Translations under genes and position numbers: made by a program
DNA from: an uncultured Bacteroidota bacterium
GTDB lineage: Bacteria; Bacteroidota; Bacteroidia; AKYH767-A; OLB10
Length of the DNA: 64,000 nt
Direction of reading: 5' to 3'
NCBI GenBank assembly: GCA_903881665.1
Contig: CAIRUC010000057.1
Span: 34,538 to 98,537 of the forward strand
The notes under the pieces: generated by a model
Told to the model about the DNA's origin: nothing
The model's database searches: none
The model's input: the letters and a program-made list of their open reading frames with translations, nothing else
Shown here: positions 20,171 to 30,253 of the stretch, one piece after another
Numbering within the stretch: the stretch's first letter is position 1
How the letters are laid out: each line of letters starts with the position of its first letter

Positions 20171-20563
20171 TTAACCATACTCTACAATTATTTCGTTCAG
20201 TCGTTCTATAGAGAATGTTTTACCAATAAACCCTTTAATAATCGAATACCCTGATGCTGTTTTTTTATCACGCTCATCTAAAGAAGAAGTGAGCATAAAA
20301 ATTTTAATATCTTTTATTTTATCACTAGTTAACTTAATTAATTCATTTAACAATTCAAACCCATTCATTTCGGGCATTCTGATATCTAAAAACAAAAAAT
20401 CAGGTAATGGTTCATTGTTTTCAACTAGCGCAATTAGATAATTCAGCCCCTCAACACTAGAAGTAAACGCATCAATAGAAGCAGAATTATCTGCCTTTCG
20501 AATAAGTTCAGCATGCAAGAAATTAAAGATTTCATCATCATCAATTAACAGGTAACGTTTCAT
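20171..20563 (-). CDS. Stand-alone response-regulator receiver (REC) protein
   Basis: LIDDDE acidic pocket, phospho-acceptor context FLDIRMPEMNGFE, MLTSS and K-containing GFIGKT. No output domain. Confidence 0.85.
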   Translation of the reverse strand: MKRYLLIDDDEIFNFLHAELIRKADNSASIDAFTSSVEGLNYLIALVENNEPLPDFLFLDIRMPEMNGFELLNELIKLTSDKIKDIKIFMLTSSLDERDKKTASGYSIIKGFIGKTFSIERLNEIIVEYG

Positions 20564-20577
20564 TTTAAGAGTCTAAA

Positions 20578-23505
20578 TTATTTTTTTAATATTGGTAATG
20601 TAATCGTCATTGTAGTACCCACTTTCACAATAGACTTAACAGTAACGGCGCCATTAAGTTTATTTAAAATTTCTTTGCAAATATAAAGACCTAGCCCGGT
20701 ACCAACACTTGAACTTGATCCACGATAATACATATCAAATATTTTATTAATATTTTTAGGCGCTATTCCTTCGCCATTATCAATTACTTTTATAACCAGA
20801 TAACTAGTTGCGCTACTAATTTCTACTCTAACAAATGAATCAGAAATATCAGTACGACTATATTTAACAGAATTTCCGATTAAATTTTTCAGAAGCGTAT
20901 TCATTCTAGATTTATCAGAAACTACAACAGCAGGACCAGTTAATTCCAAGATATAGTCCATGTGATTTTTAGAAGCATATTTCAAATCAGCAAAAATCAG
21001 ATCTACCATTTCCCGAATATCAAACTCGGTTGGCGTTATTTCCAATCTAGCATTTCGTGAATACTCTAAAATCTCTTGAATAGTACCATCTAACCTCAAC
21101 ACAGAACTTTCTGCCAATTTTAAATATTGAGCATTTTTCTCACCCAAATCTGGAGTACTTAAAACAAGCGAAATTACACCCTTTATCGACAACAAAGGAG
21201 AACGCAAATCATGGGAAACACTGTAAACAAAATTATCAAGCTCTGCATTTATCTTTTTCAATTCTTCATTCTTCTGTAAAACGTCGAATTGAACTTTTTT
21301 CAGATCCGTAATATCAACACCAGAAATTACAATATGCTCTAAATCTCCATCGGTATTGTAATGAGGAAGTATGTTTTCAAGCAAAAATCTTTCTTCTCCA
21401 TTCTTATCATACCTTAGCTCTTCCAATTGAATCATTCTATTCAAATCTACTGCTTGCTGTACTTTATCTACAATCTTATTATATCGTAAACGTTCTTGAG
21501 AACCCTCTTCTCCGATTTCACTAATTTTAGATCCCAACTTTTCTTCCATTCCAATTTCATTATCAAGAATCAAACTATTGGCATATGTAAGAAAAAGATC
21601 GGGATTAATTACTTTAATTTCAGCTGGAGAGTGATTTAATATACTCTCATAAAACAGTTTCATTGAATTAACAATTTGAATAAAGGAATCTCTTTCATGA
21701 AGAGCCTCCTCAAGATTTTTTTGCAACATTTTGAGCTGCGTTATATCAAGAAATATACTAATAAATCCGTCTATTCCACCTTGCTGATTCAGCAAAGGAG
21801 CAGCGCTTACTAGCAAATTAATTTTTTTATCGTCTTTACTAAAATAATCAATCTCAAAAACAGAATCTCCAATTATTCTATATCCTGAAATAAGTCCTTT
21901 ATTAATTTTATCTTTTAAACTTTGTTCATAATCAATCGACAATCCTAAAACACCTGGGTTGTCAAGCGAAGTAATTTCTTTTATCTTTTTATTGCTAAAT
22001 AATTCCTCTCCATTTTTCCCAATCTCCACTAATCCAAGATTCATATTCTCGATAATACTTCGATACTTTTCCTCGCTCGCTTTTAATTTTAATTCTGCTT
22101 GCCGAGATTCTGTAATATCAATTGACGACCCCACCAATCTAATTAATTCCCCTTCAGCATCCTTCTCGGCAATAATTGATCCTTTTATAATTCGTACTGA
22201 TTTATCATTAGCCCGTACAATTTCGAACTCCTGATCCAGCATTGTTTCTTTTCCTTCAAGAACATTCATCAGATCATTAACCATCCTGTCACGGTCAGCT
22301 AAAACAACAGCTTCTTTCCAGAATTCAAATAAATCTCCTTTAAAAGTAGCTTCAGAAATTCCATATTGAGCATATAACAAATCACTCCAGCTTAATTCAT
22401 TGGTTAGATGGTTAAAGTCCCAAATACCAATATTTGACTTTTGAGTAATAATTTCAAATCGAGAATTAACTTTCAATAATTCTTGCTGAGCAATTGTTTC
22501 TGCAGTAATATCCTTTTGAAGAGCGATAAAATTTACATGATTACCATTATCGTCGAAAACAGGAGTAATTTCTAACTGATTATAATAAGGCTTCCCGCGT
22601 TTGCTATAGTTTACAATTGTTACCTCAACATTTTCTTTATTACTTAAGGATGTAGATAATTTTTTTGTTGCCTCAGCATCTACACCTTCCCGCTGTAAAA
22701 AATCCTTTGGCTTCATGCCTACCACTTCTGAAAGTAAATAACCAGTAGTTTTAACAAACGAATCATTCACCCACTCTATCTTACCTTCTTTATCTGTAAT
22801 TATTACACCATTTTTTGTTCTGGTAGCAATTAACGACAACTTCCTTAACTCAAGCTCTGAAGCCGATATCTTACTTATTTGTGAATTTATTTTTTCACTC
22901 TTTTGTTTATTGGCAAATAAAGATTGTACTTGTTGATAGAACAAACCAAAAAAGGCTTCATGTCTTTCTTCTAACTTTTGGTAAAGTGGTGCATTTTCAA
23001 TTGAAACAAATCCTCCAATACAAAACTGATATCCCAGCTCATGATCAGTAAAACTATAAAAAAGTGCTTCTTTAAATTTACTAAACGCTTTTACGTTTTC
23101 TAGCAACTTTCTATCTATTGCTACGGTTTTTTTCTCAGAAGTGATTTCAGCTAAACAAGTAAGCGACACTATAATGTCATCTTCCGAAATTTCATTGAAA
23201 AGGGACCCTTCAATGCTCAAAACTCTATTGTTTTCAATTCCTTTATTCAAAAACAAAACTACAGACGTTTCTATTTCAAAAATATCAACAATAGCTTCTG
23301 CTATTAAACTTGAAAATTCAGCATTACTGCTTTCTTTAAGCGCATCCGAATTAAAAGCATGAAGTCTTTTATAAAGTTCAAGCTCATGATCAAGTCGATC
23401 GCGCGTATTGATTAATTGCTGTTCAACATTTACTAATTTAGTTGCACGCAATTGCAATTCGCGATATTCGTCTAATAATTTATCATACTCTTGAACAGTT
23501 GACAT
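20578..23505 (-). CDS. Cytoplasmic multi-PAS sensor histidine kinase
   Basis: N-terminal coiled coil, several PAS/PAC-like modules, H-box FVYSVSHDLRSPL, and HATPase N and G boxes (NLIGNSVKY, DNGEGI, GTGLGLYICK). No TM segments. Confidence 0.9.
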   Translation of the reverse strand: MSTVQEYDKLLDEYRELQLRATKLVNVEQQLINTRDRLDHELELYKRLHAFNSDALKESSNAEFSSLIAEAIVDIFEIETSVVLFLNKGIENNRVLSIEGSLFNEISEDDIIVSLTCLAEITSEKKTVAIDRKLLENVKAFSKFKEALFYSFTDHELGYQFCIGGFVSIENAPLYQKLEERHEAFFGLFYQQVQSLFANKQKSEKINSQISKISASELELRKLSLIATRTKNGVIITDKEGKIEWVNDSFVKTTGYLLSEVVGMKPKDFLQREGVDAEATKKLSTSLSNKENVEVTIVNYSKRGKPYYNQLEITPVFDDNGNHVNFIALQKDITAETIAQQELLKVNSRFEIITQKSNIGIWDFNHLTNELSWSDLLYAQYGISEATFKGDLFEFWKEAVVLADRDRMVNDLMNVLEGKETMLDQEFEIVRANDKSVRIIKGSIIAEKDAEGELIRLVGSSIDITESRQAELKLKASEEKYRSIIENMNLGLVEIGKNGEELFSNKKIKEITSLDNPGVLGLSIDYEQSLKDKINKGLISGYRIIGDSVFEIDYFSKDDKKINLLVSAAPLLNQQGGIDGFISIFLDITQLKMLQKNLEEALHERDSFIQIVNSMKLFYESILNHSPAEIKVINPDLFLTYANSLILDNEIGMEEKLGSKISEIGEEGSQERLRYNKIVDKVQQAVDLNRMIQLEELRYDKNGEERFLLENILPHYNTDGDLEHIVISGVDITDLKKVQFDVLQKNEELKKINAELDNFVYSVSHDLRSPLLSIKGVISLVLSTPDLGEKNAQYLKLAESSVLRLDGTIQEILEYSRNARLEITPTEFDIREMVDLIFADLKYASKNHMDYILELTGPAVVVSDKSRMNTLLKNLIGNSVKYSRTDISDSFVRVEISSATSYLVIKVIDNGEGIAPKNINKIFDMYYRGSSSSVGTGLGLYICKEILNKLNGAVTVKSIVKVGTTMTITLPILKK

Positions 23506-23533
23506 TTTCTATTAATTATTAATTAAAAAAATA

Positions 23534-24718
23534 TTATCTATACAACACATAAAGTGCGGTTGTATAATTATGGTAATTATTTTTTCCGCCTAAACGGGCG
23601 AATTCTCCAAATCCATACATTCCTAACCAAGGGGGGCAATTGCCTTCAGCATAAAAAGGAAATTGCATTGTATTTACTAGTTCTTCTTTAATAATTTTAT
23701 TAAATAAAAACCTTCCTCTTGCTAAACAATCGGCATGAAATACTGCAACAGGTTTACTTTCACCTAATCTCTTTTTCATGTCGCTAACCATTCGTTCCAT
23801 TTCACTAAAAATCAAATCTTCATTACGTGTTGTTAACCACAACTCAGTTCCAACAAGACACTTAGTAGCATAATACATATCGCTACCTACATGCTTGGTA
23901 ACAACACGAAGAATATGATTATTTCCGTATTCCTTTGCAAGTTCAGGAGACAATTTTTCGCCCAACGCACCAACGGGAATTGAATCACCACATGTTGAAT
24001 CTGTTGGCAAATCTAATCGGGTTAAATATTCTTCCCATGCCGGCTTATTATTAATTTCTTGAATAATATGACCTTCTGATTTTGTAACGATCATAGGCTC
24101 ACCAATAGCTACAAAGCCATGTGTTGCTTGCGTTTCTATTTTCAAAGTTGGATCCCAGAATCCAATAGCGAATGCAGCATGCTCGTACACTTTATTATCT
24201 ACAGCTTGGTAACTAATAAAACCTTTCATGTTATCGGATGATGTAGCTCCAAAAATGGTTACATCAGATCCCAATACTTTTTCAAATGCTGCGATACAAT
24301 CATCATTAGCTATATCAATTCCGGAACCTAAAAAATATACCATATTTATAGCACCTGAGCGAGCTTTCAAGTCGTTGGCCATTTCAAAACACTTTTCATA
24401 CGAATTATGTCCGAATATTCCATCAACTTGCGCAACGGTAAACTCTTTACCTTTTACGGTCATCAATGCAATATCCTTCATTGATTCACTAACGCCTTCT
24501 CTTCCAACAACACCACAACATGATGCTGCAAGAATTTTTGCATTAGGAGCCATCTCATGCGCCTGCGCAATCAATTCGCTAAAATTATGTCCGATAGATG
24601 CGTGAAAAATTGCCAAATCACAATCTTGATATTGATTGCCTAGGGCTACTTCCATACATTCAATTACACCTCTTTTGGTGTTTACTACTCTAGCACTTGC
24701 TGAATTAAATTGTAACAT
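23534..24718 (-). CDS. FIST-domain sensory protein
   Basis: 394 aa with FIST_N/FIST_C-like organisation (DLAIFHAS...GVVG; PVAVFHADCLARG; GEFAR). First gene of an operon with the kinase and REC genes. Confidence 0.65.
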   Translation of the reverse strand: MLQFNSASARVVNTKRGVIECMEVALGNQYQDCDLAIFHASIGHNFSELIAQAHEMAPNAKILAASCCGVVGREGVSESMKDIALMTVKGKEFTVAQVDGIFGHNSYEKCFEMANDLKARSGAINMVYFLGSGIDIANDDCIAAFEKVLGSDVTIFGATSSDNMKGFISYQAVDNKVYEHAAFAIGFWDPTLKIETQATHGFVAIGEPMIVTKSEGHIIQEINNKPAWEEYLTRLDLPTDSTCGDSIPVGALGEKLSPELAKEYGNNHILRVVTKHVGSDMYYATKCLVGTELWLTTRNEDLIFSEMERMVSDMKKRLGESKPVAVFHADCLARGRFLFNKIIKEELVNTMQFPFYAEGNCPPWLGMYGFGEFARLGGKNNYHNYTTALYVLYR

Positions 24719-25023
24719 AAATTTTTAAAATTATAGATGTAAGATCAAGAAGAAGTTGCATTCCTAATATTTGTATTGATAAACTTATAAAAACACAAGA
24801 TTTCAACTTTTGTGATTCTATAGTATACCCGCAACAACAATCACCAAAGTAACACTAAGAATTGGTGTTTTCATATGATCTTGGTCAAATAAAAAAATCT
24901 AGCTTATCCTATTTCAAGAATTGAGTATAAAAATAAGGAAAGGAGTGTTCACTTTCTGATTTTTTCGATAATACATTCATGCTACCTTATACTCTATGAC
25001 GGCTAACACTTTCCATTAAATCC

Positions 25024-25069
25024 TATTTATAAAAAGCAAAAGGAGAGATACTTTTCAGCATCTCTCCTT
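25024..25069 (-). terminator. Rho-independent terminator after the tRNA
   Basis: Minus strand reads AAGGAGAGAT-gctgaaaagt-ATCTCTCCTT, a perfect 10-bp stem, followed by TTGCTTTTTAT. Confidence 0.8.
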
Positions 25070-25076
25070 CGAAATG

Positions 25077-25153
25077 TGGTGGGCCCACCTGGATTCGAAC
25101 CAGGCACCCACAGATTATGAGTCTGTTGCTCTAACCGAATGAGCTATAGGCCC
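25077..25153 (-). tRNA. tRNA with CAT anticodon (elongator Met, or Ile2 if lysidinylated), CCA encoded
   Basis: Minus strand reads GGGCCTA-TAGCTCATTCGGTTAGAGCA-ACAGA-CTCATAA-TCTGT-GGGTG-CCTGG-TTCGAATCCAGG-TGGGCCC-ACCA. Cloverleaf has a 7-bp acceptor stem with one G-U pair and a GTTCGAATC T-loop. Confidence 0.9.
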
Positions 25154-25220
25154 CTTATTGGGATTGCAAAAATAATGAAATTGCCCAATCTCACAAGGAA
25201 TAGCTAATTGTTATGCTAAC

Positions 25221-26408
25221 TTATTTAATAACACCGAGCTCTTTACCTATTTTCGTAAATGCTGCTACGGCTTTTTCTAAATGGTGACGCTCGTGACCTG
25301 CAGAAATCTGAACCCGAATTCGCGCATTTCCCTTCGCAACAACAGGAAAGAAGAATCCAATCACGTAAATCCCTTCTTCTAACAACTTAGCTGCAAATTC
25401 TTGAGCTAACTTAGCCTCATACAGCATGATAGGAATAATAGGATGCTCTCCTAGTTTAATATCAAAGCCCGCTTTTGTCATCTCACTTCTGAAATAAGCG
25501 GTGTTTTCCCACAGTTTATCGCGAAGAGTTGATGTTTCGCTCAACATATCGATTACAGCAATCGATGCCCCAACGATTGAAGGCGCTAATGAATTAGAAA
25601 ATAAATAGGGACGAGATCGTTGGCGAAGAATTTCGATGATTTCCTTTTTTCCAGAAGTAAATCCGCCCATTGCTCCGCCAAGAGCCTTCCCTAAAGTGCC
25701 TGTAATAATATCAACTCTTCCCATTACATTCCTATATTCATGGGTTCCGCGACCAGTTTTACCCATAAATCCGCTGGAATGGCATTCGTCAATCATCACT
25801 AATGCATTGTATTTATCGGCCAAATCGCAAATTTTATCTAATTGAGCAATAGTACCATCCATCGAAAATACGCCATCACTCACTATCATACGATGACGTA
25901 AATGCTGAGTAGTTTTTAATTGCTCTTCCAAGTCATTCATGTCGTTATGTTTATAGCGATTTCGTTGCGCCTTACATAAACGAATACCATCAATAATGGA
26001 TGCATGATTTAATTCATCACTAATAATTGCATCTTGTTCATTTAACAATGGCTCAAAAACACCTCCATTGGCATCAAAGGCAGCAGCATACAATATTGCA
26101 TCTTCAGTGCCTAAAAATTCTGCTATTTTTTGCTCAAGAGCTTTATGAATATCCTGCGTTCCACATATAAAACGCACACTCGACATCCCAAAACCATGTG
26201 TATGAATAGCATCAATTGCCGCTTGAATTACTTTAGGATGTGAGGATAACCCAAGGTAATTGTTGGCGCAAAAGTTAATGACTTCTTTTCCATTTGCTTT
26301 GATATCGGCAGCTTGCGGCGTGCTAATAATTCGTTCCGCCTTATATAACCCCGCTTCGCGTATTTCGTTTAACTCCTGCACGAGTACAGGCTTCAGAGTA
26401 TTGTACAT
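25221..26408 (-). CDS. kbl: Glycine C-acetyltransferase (2-amino-3-ketobutyrate CoA ligase)
   Basis: Near-colinear with my recollection of E. coli Kbl: [61 protein letters not shown]-lysine block [11 protein letters not shown] and [11 protein letters not shown]. Confidence 0.9.
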   Translation of the reverse strand: MYNTLKPVLVQELNEIREAGLYKAERIISTPQAADIKANGKEVINFCANNYLGLSSHPKVIQAAIDAIHTHGFGMSSVRFICGTQDIHKALEQKIAEFLGTEDAILYAAAFDANGGVFEPLLNEQDAIISDELNHASIIDGIRLCKAQRNRYKHNDMNDLEEQLKTTQHLRHRMIVSDGVFSMDGTIAQLDKICDLADKYNALVMIDECHSSGFMGKTGRGTHEYRNVMGRVDIITGTLGKALGGAMGGFTSGKKEIIEILRQRSRPYLFSNSLAPSIVGASIAVIDMLSETSTLRDKLWENTAYFRSEMTKAGFDIKLGEHPIIPIMLYEAKLAQEFAAKLLEEGIYVIGFFFPVVAKGNARIRVQISAGHERHHLEKAVAAFTKIGKELGVIK

Positions 26409-26446
26409 CTTCTATTATTTAGTGCGTCAAAATTAATCATTATTCA

Positions 26447-27556
26447 TTACACCTGAACGAACTGCTTTCCTGGAAATGCTTTTATTACTCCTTTCATCTC
26501 GAGGGCAAATAATAACGAAGATACTTTACTCATCGGCATTGCAACCTCGATAGCAATACTGTCAATATCTCGTTTTTCATGGGTTATTACTTTCATGATT
26601 ATTTCTTCCTCCGCAGAAAGCTCAACGAATAATTGTTGCTGCTGATTTTTCTTTTTTCCATTTTTTTCTTCATCCCAACTCATCATCCTAAATAAATCAG
26701 CGTGCCCCGATATGAGTGCCGCACGGTTATCTCTGATAAATTTATTGCAACCCAAACTATAAGGATCATTTGCCCTTCCAGGAAAGGCAAATACATCTCT
26801 AGAATAACTATTTGCGATATCAGCCGTAATCAATGCGCCTCCTTTTTCAGCCGCTTCCACTACCACTATTGCATCACACAAGCCAGCAACAATTCTATTC
26901 CTTGAAGGAAAATTTTCGCGATCAGGCTGCGTCGTAAAGGGGTATTCTGTTAGCAAGCCTCCTTTATTAATCATTTCGTTTGCTACTTCGGTATGTTCGG
27001 GAGGATAAATTCTATCTAGGCCATGCGCCAAAACACCTACGGTAGGGATACCAGATTTTAGCGCGGATTTATGGGCACAAATATCAATACCATATGCTAA
27101 ACCACTGACCACAACGATATTCTTTTCTGCACATTCTTTCACTAACTTTTCAGTTAAATGTTTACCATATTCAGTAGCGTTGCGTGTGCCTACAATTCCT
27201 AGATAACGATGTGTATTAAAATCTATTTCTCCTTTAAAGTAAAGTAAGATGGGAGCATCAAAACATTGTTTCAAACGGAAAGGAAACGCTTCGTCGAGGT
27301 AAAAAAGAACTTTTATATTTTTTCTCAATACATTATTCAATTCCACTTCGGCAAGATGAAATATTTTCTGCCGTGCAATGCTACGTGCCGTTACGGGACC
27401 TATTTCCGGAATTTTTTCGAGTTGAGCTGCTTTTTGCTTGAAAATGGCTTCCAAACTACCGCAATAACTTAATAGAATTCGAGCCAAAACAGGACCCACA
27501 TTGGGTATCATTGTTAGGGCAATCTGATATAATATCTGATCTTCTTTATTCATCAC
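26447..27556 (-). CDS. dprA: DNA-processing protein DprA (Smf)
   Basis: Rossmann-like DprA core (IVGTRNATEYG, VVSGLAYGID..AH, VLAHGLD.IYP, SRNRIVAGL, VVVEAAEKGGALITA) and a winged-helix-like C-terminus. Confidence 0.85.
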   Translation of the reverse strand: MMNKEDQILYQIALTMIPNVGPVLARILLSYCGSLEAIFKQKAAQLEKIPEIGPVTARSIARQKIFHLAEVELNNVLRKNIKVLFYLDEAFPFRLKQCFDAPILLYFKGEIDFNTHRYLGIVGTRNATEYGKHLTEKLVKECAEKNIVVVSGLAYGIDICAHKSALKSGIPTVGVLAHGLDRIYPPEHTEVANEMINKGGLLTEYPFTTQPDRENFPSRNRIVAGLCDAIVVVEAAEKGGALITADIANSYSRDVFAFPGRANDPYSLGCNKFIRDNRAALISGHADLFRMMSWDEEKNGKKKNQQQQLFVELSAEEEIIMKVITHEKRDIDSIAIEVAMPMSKVSSLLFALEMKGVIKAFPGKQFVQV

Positions 27557-27683
27557 ATTAAAACCGCAAGCCAGGAGAATTAAAATTCACTTTTAGCGGA
27601 TGCTGCAAAAATACTTTTCTATGTCAAAAATTGGTTGCAATTTTAGGGCATCTTACTAACACATCCGCAGAATCTATTGCAAT

Positions 27684-29963
27684 ATGAATAAATCTATACT
27701 AAAATCTATTCTTTATCTAATCCCTGTTTTGTTATTATGTTCAGCAGGTGCCATCGCTCAAAAAGGATCTGTTAAAGGAAACGTTATTGACGGCACAGAT
27801 AAAAATTATTTAATAGGAGCGATTGTCGAAATCAAAAAACTCCATCAAGGCACTTCGACGAATGAAAACGGCGTCTACCAATTGAAATTAACAGCAGGAA
27901 ATTATGTTCTAGAAGTAAATTATGTTGGTTATGAAAAATACACCAAGTCTATTACCATTGAAGAAGAAAAAGAAATAAAACTAAATATCATTCTTCAGCG
28001 TTCACAAACTGAATTAAAAACAATAGTTATTTCAGCAGGAAAACATGAACAAAAATTGGAAGAGGTAGTAGTTTCTATGGAAGTTCTTAAACCTTCATTT
28101 ATTGAAAACACGAACCAAACCAGTATGGAAACTGCAGCCGAACAAATTCCTGGAGTAACGGTAATAGATGGACAAGCCAATATTCGTGGTGGATCTGGAT
28201 TTAGCTATGGTGCCGGCAGTCGCGTACTTATACTTGTTGACGATCTACCTTTACTTGCAGGCGATGCAGGCGATGCAAAATGGAGCTTCCTTCCTATCGA
28301 AAACCTAGAACAAGTAGAAGTTATTAAGGGTGCTTCATCGGCTCTATTTGGATCTTCCGCTCTTAACGGAGTCATTAATTTACGCACTGCCTTTCCTACC
28401 GATAGTGCTCAAACGAACTTATCCATTTACACAGGATTTTATGATACTCCCGCTGACAAGTCAATGAAATGGTGGGGCGATAAAACGCAAATGACAAGTG
28501 GTATTAATTTTTCACATCGCGAAAAAATCAAAAACCTTGACTTAACAATAGGAGGACATCATCTTACAGAGGATGGATATAGAATGGGAGACAATGAAGA
28601 AAGATGGAGAGGGAATATTAATCTAAGGTATCATTTCAAAAAAATTAGCGGTTTAAACGTTGGAGTAGCATTAAATACACAAAGAGCAGGAGGCTATAAC
28701 TATTTGATTTGGCAAAATGATTCTTCAGGAGCTTACCTCCCTCTAGGAGGAATCGATACGCTGGGTTCTACTGCAAGCAAATACAATACAACTAGAACTT
28801 ATGTAGACCCTTCTATAAATTATACTGGCAAACACATAAGTTACAAATTAAGATCTCGCTATTTTATTACTAATAATAAAAACAACACGAACCAAGGATC
28901 AAAAGCGGAAACATATTTTGTTGAATTCTTAACTCAATATAATTATAAAAACATGCTTACATTATCTGGTGGAATGTCATCGTTTTCTACGCATGTAACT
29001 GGAGATTTATTTAGCAGTCAATCTGGAAAAAATAATTCTATTTACTTACAAGGAGATTTGAAATATGGGAAATGGAATTTATCATCCGGAATCAGGTTTG
29101 AAAACGGAGAAATTAGTGGAAAATCTTTCGACACCGAAAAACTTTTACGAATAGGAGCTAACTATCAAGCATTCAAATACACGTATGTTCGTGCATCGTA
29201 TGGTCAAGGTTTTCGCTTCCCTACAATTGCAGAAAAATTTATACAAACAAGAGTTGGCGACATTGTCATCTATCCGAACGATTCTTTAACTATTGAAAAA
29301 GGATCCTCAATAGAAATCGGGATTCGGCAACTATTTAAAGTCGCTAAGATATCTGGTATTTTGGACATGAGTATATTCCGACAAGAATATCAAGATATGA
29401 TGGAATTTACTTTTGGCATGTGGGGAAATCCATTTACTGACCCTCTTTATGGGTTAGGATTCAAATCGAAGAATATTGGCAACACACGAATTGACGGTTT
29501 CGAAATAACACTTTCAGGCCAAGGCAATATTGGAAAAATTAAGGAAGAATGTATGGGAGGAATTACAATGATTGATCCCTATCAAACCGACTTTTTACTT
29601 AGCAGGGATAGCTCTACGAATTCTTCAAAAGCCAACATTCTAAAGTACAGGTTCAAAACGATGTTTAAATTTGATAGCGAAACTTCTTACAAGAATTTTG
29701 CTTTTGGAATTAGTGCACGATACTATAGTTTTATGGAAAACATCGATAAAGTTTTTGAAGGTGTTATTCCTGGAGTAAAAAATTATCGCGAAAACAACAA
29801 GAGCGGAGAATGGGTATTTGACACACGCATAAGTTATGCAATCGATAAGAATTTAAAATTTGCATTAATAGGCAAAAATATAGCGAACAATATTTATGTT
29901 ACTCGTCCTGCAGACATGCAAGCTCCAAGATCTTATGCTGCGCAGCTATCTTTTAAATTCTAA
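27684..29963 (+). CDS. TonB-dependent receptor
   Basis: Signal peptide, CarboxypepD_reg-like N-terminus (GSVKGNVIDG...YVLEVNYVGYE), plug (VEVIKGASSALFGSSALNGVINLRT) and terminal ...AAQLSFKF. Confidence 0.85.
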   Translation: MNKSILKSILYLIPVLLLCSAGAIAQKGSVKGNVIDGTDKNYLIGAIVEIKKLHQGTSTNENGVYQLKLTAGNYVLEVNYVGYEKYTKSITIEEEKEIKLNIILQRSQTELKTIVISAGKHEQKLEEVVVSMEVLKPSFIENTNQTSMETAAEQIPGVTVIDGQANIRGGSGFSYGAGSRVLILVDDLPLLAGDAGDAKWSFLPIENLEQVEVIKGASSALFGSSALNGVINLRTAFPTDSAQTNLSIYTGFYDTPADKSMKWWGDKTQMTSGINFSHREKIKNLDLTIGGHHLTEDGYRMGDNEERWRGNINLRYHFKKISGLNVGVALNTQRAGGYNYLIWQNDSSGAYLPLGGIDTLGSTASKYNTTRTYVDPSINYTGKHISYKLRSRYFITNNKNNTNQGSKAETYFVEFLTQYNYKNMLTLSGGMSSFSTHVTGDLFSSQSGKNNSIYLQGDLKYGKWNLSSGIRFENGEISGKSFDTEKLLRIGANYQAFKYTYVRASYGQGFRFPTIAEKFIQTRVGDIVIYPNDSLTIEKGSSIEIGIRQLFKVAKISGILDMSIFRQEYQDMMEFTFGMWGNPFTDPLYGLGFKSKNIGNTRIDGFEITLSGQGNIGKIKEECMGGITMIDPYQTDFLLSRDSSTNSSKANILKYRFKTMFKFDSETSYKNFAFGISARYYSFMENIDKVFEGVIPGVKNYRENNKSGEWVFDTRISYAIDKNLKFALIGKNIANNIYVTRPADMQAPRSYAAQLSFKF

Positions 29964-30241
29964 TATTAAAACTTAAGATGAGCTATCAGCAGCGTAGTAT
30001 ATTTACCTATCAACAAATACATTTCCTGCATTTATTACGCTACTATTAAAAATTCTCAAACTGCGCTTTAGTAGTATTAGGGGCGTGTTTGAAATAGAAG
30101 CCAATTGACAAATAATGCGCTTTTAGTGCGAAAGTTGAGATACGTCAGCTTTTAACTCTATACAGATCATATAAAGATGAAGTTTTACTTAACAATGTTG
30201 GTAAATGATTACAAATCGGAATTTACAAGAATATAATGCTA

Positions 30242-30249
30242 TACTTTTG
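30242..30249 (+). promoter_or_regulatory. -7 promoter box TACTTTTG, 4 nt upstream of GTG 30254
   Basis: TACTTTTG-CAAC-GTG. The box lies inside the first codons of the ATG-30236 ORF, which argues for the GTG start. Confidence 0.45.
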
Positions 30250-30253
30250 CAAC

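Noticed and set aside
27566-27579. GCAAGCCAGGAGAA upstream of the second TonB receptor resembles the B12-box core AGCCAGGAGAC.
   Set aside because: The rest of a cobalamin aptamer would have to lie inside the dprA coding start, and no matching GGTG..AATCC or CCACTG elements are present. This is most likely a chance match.
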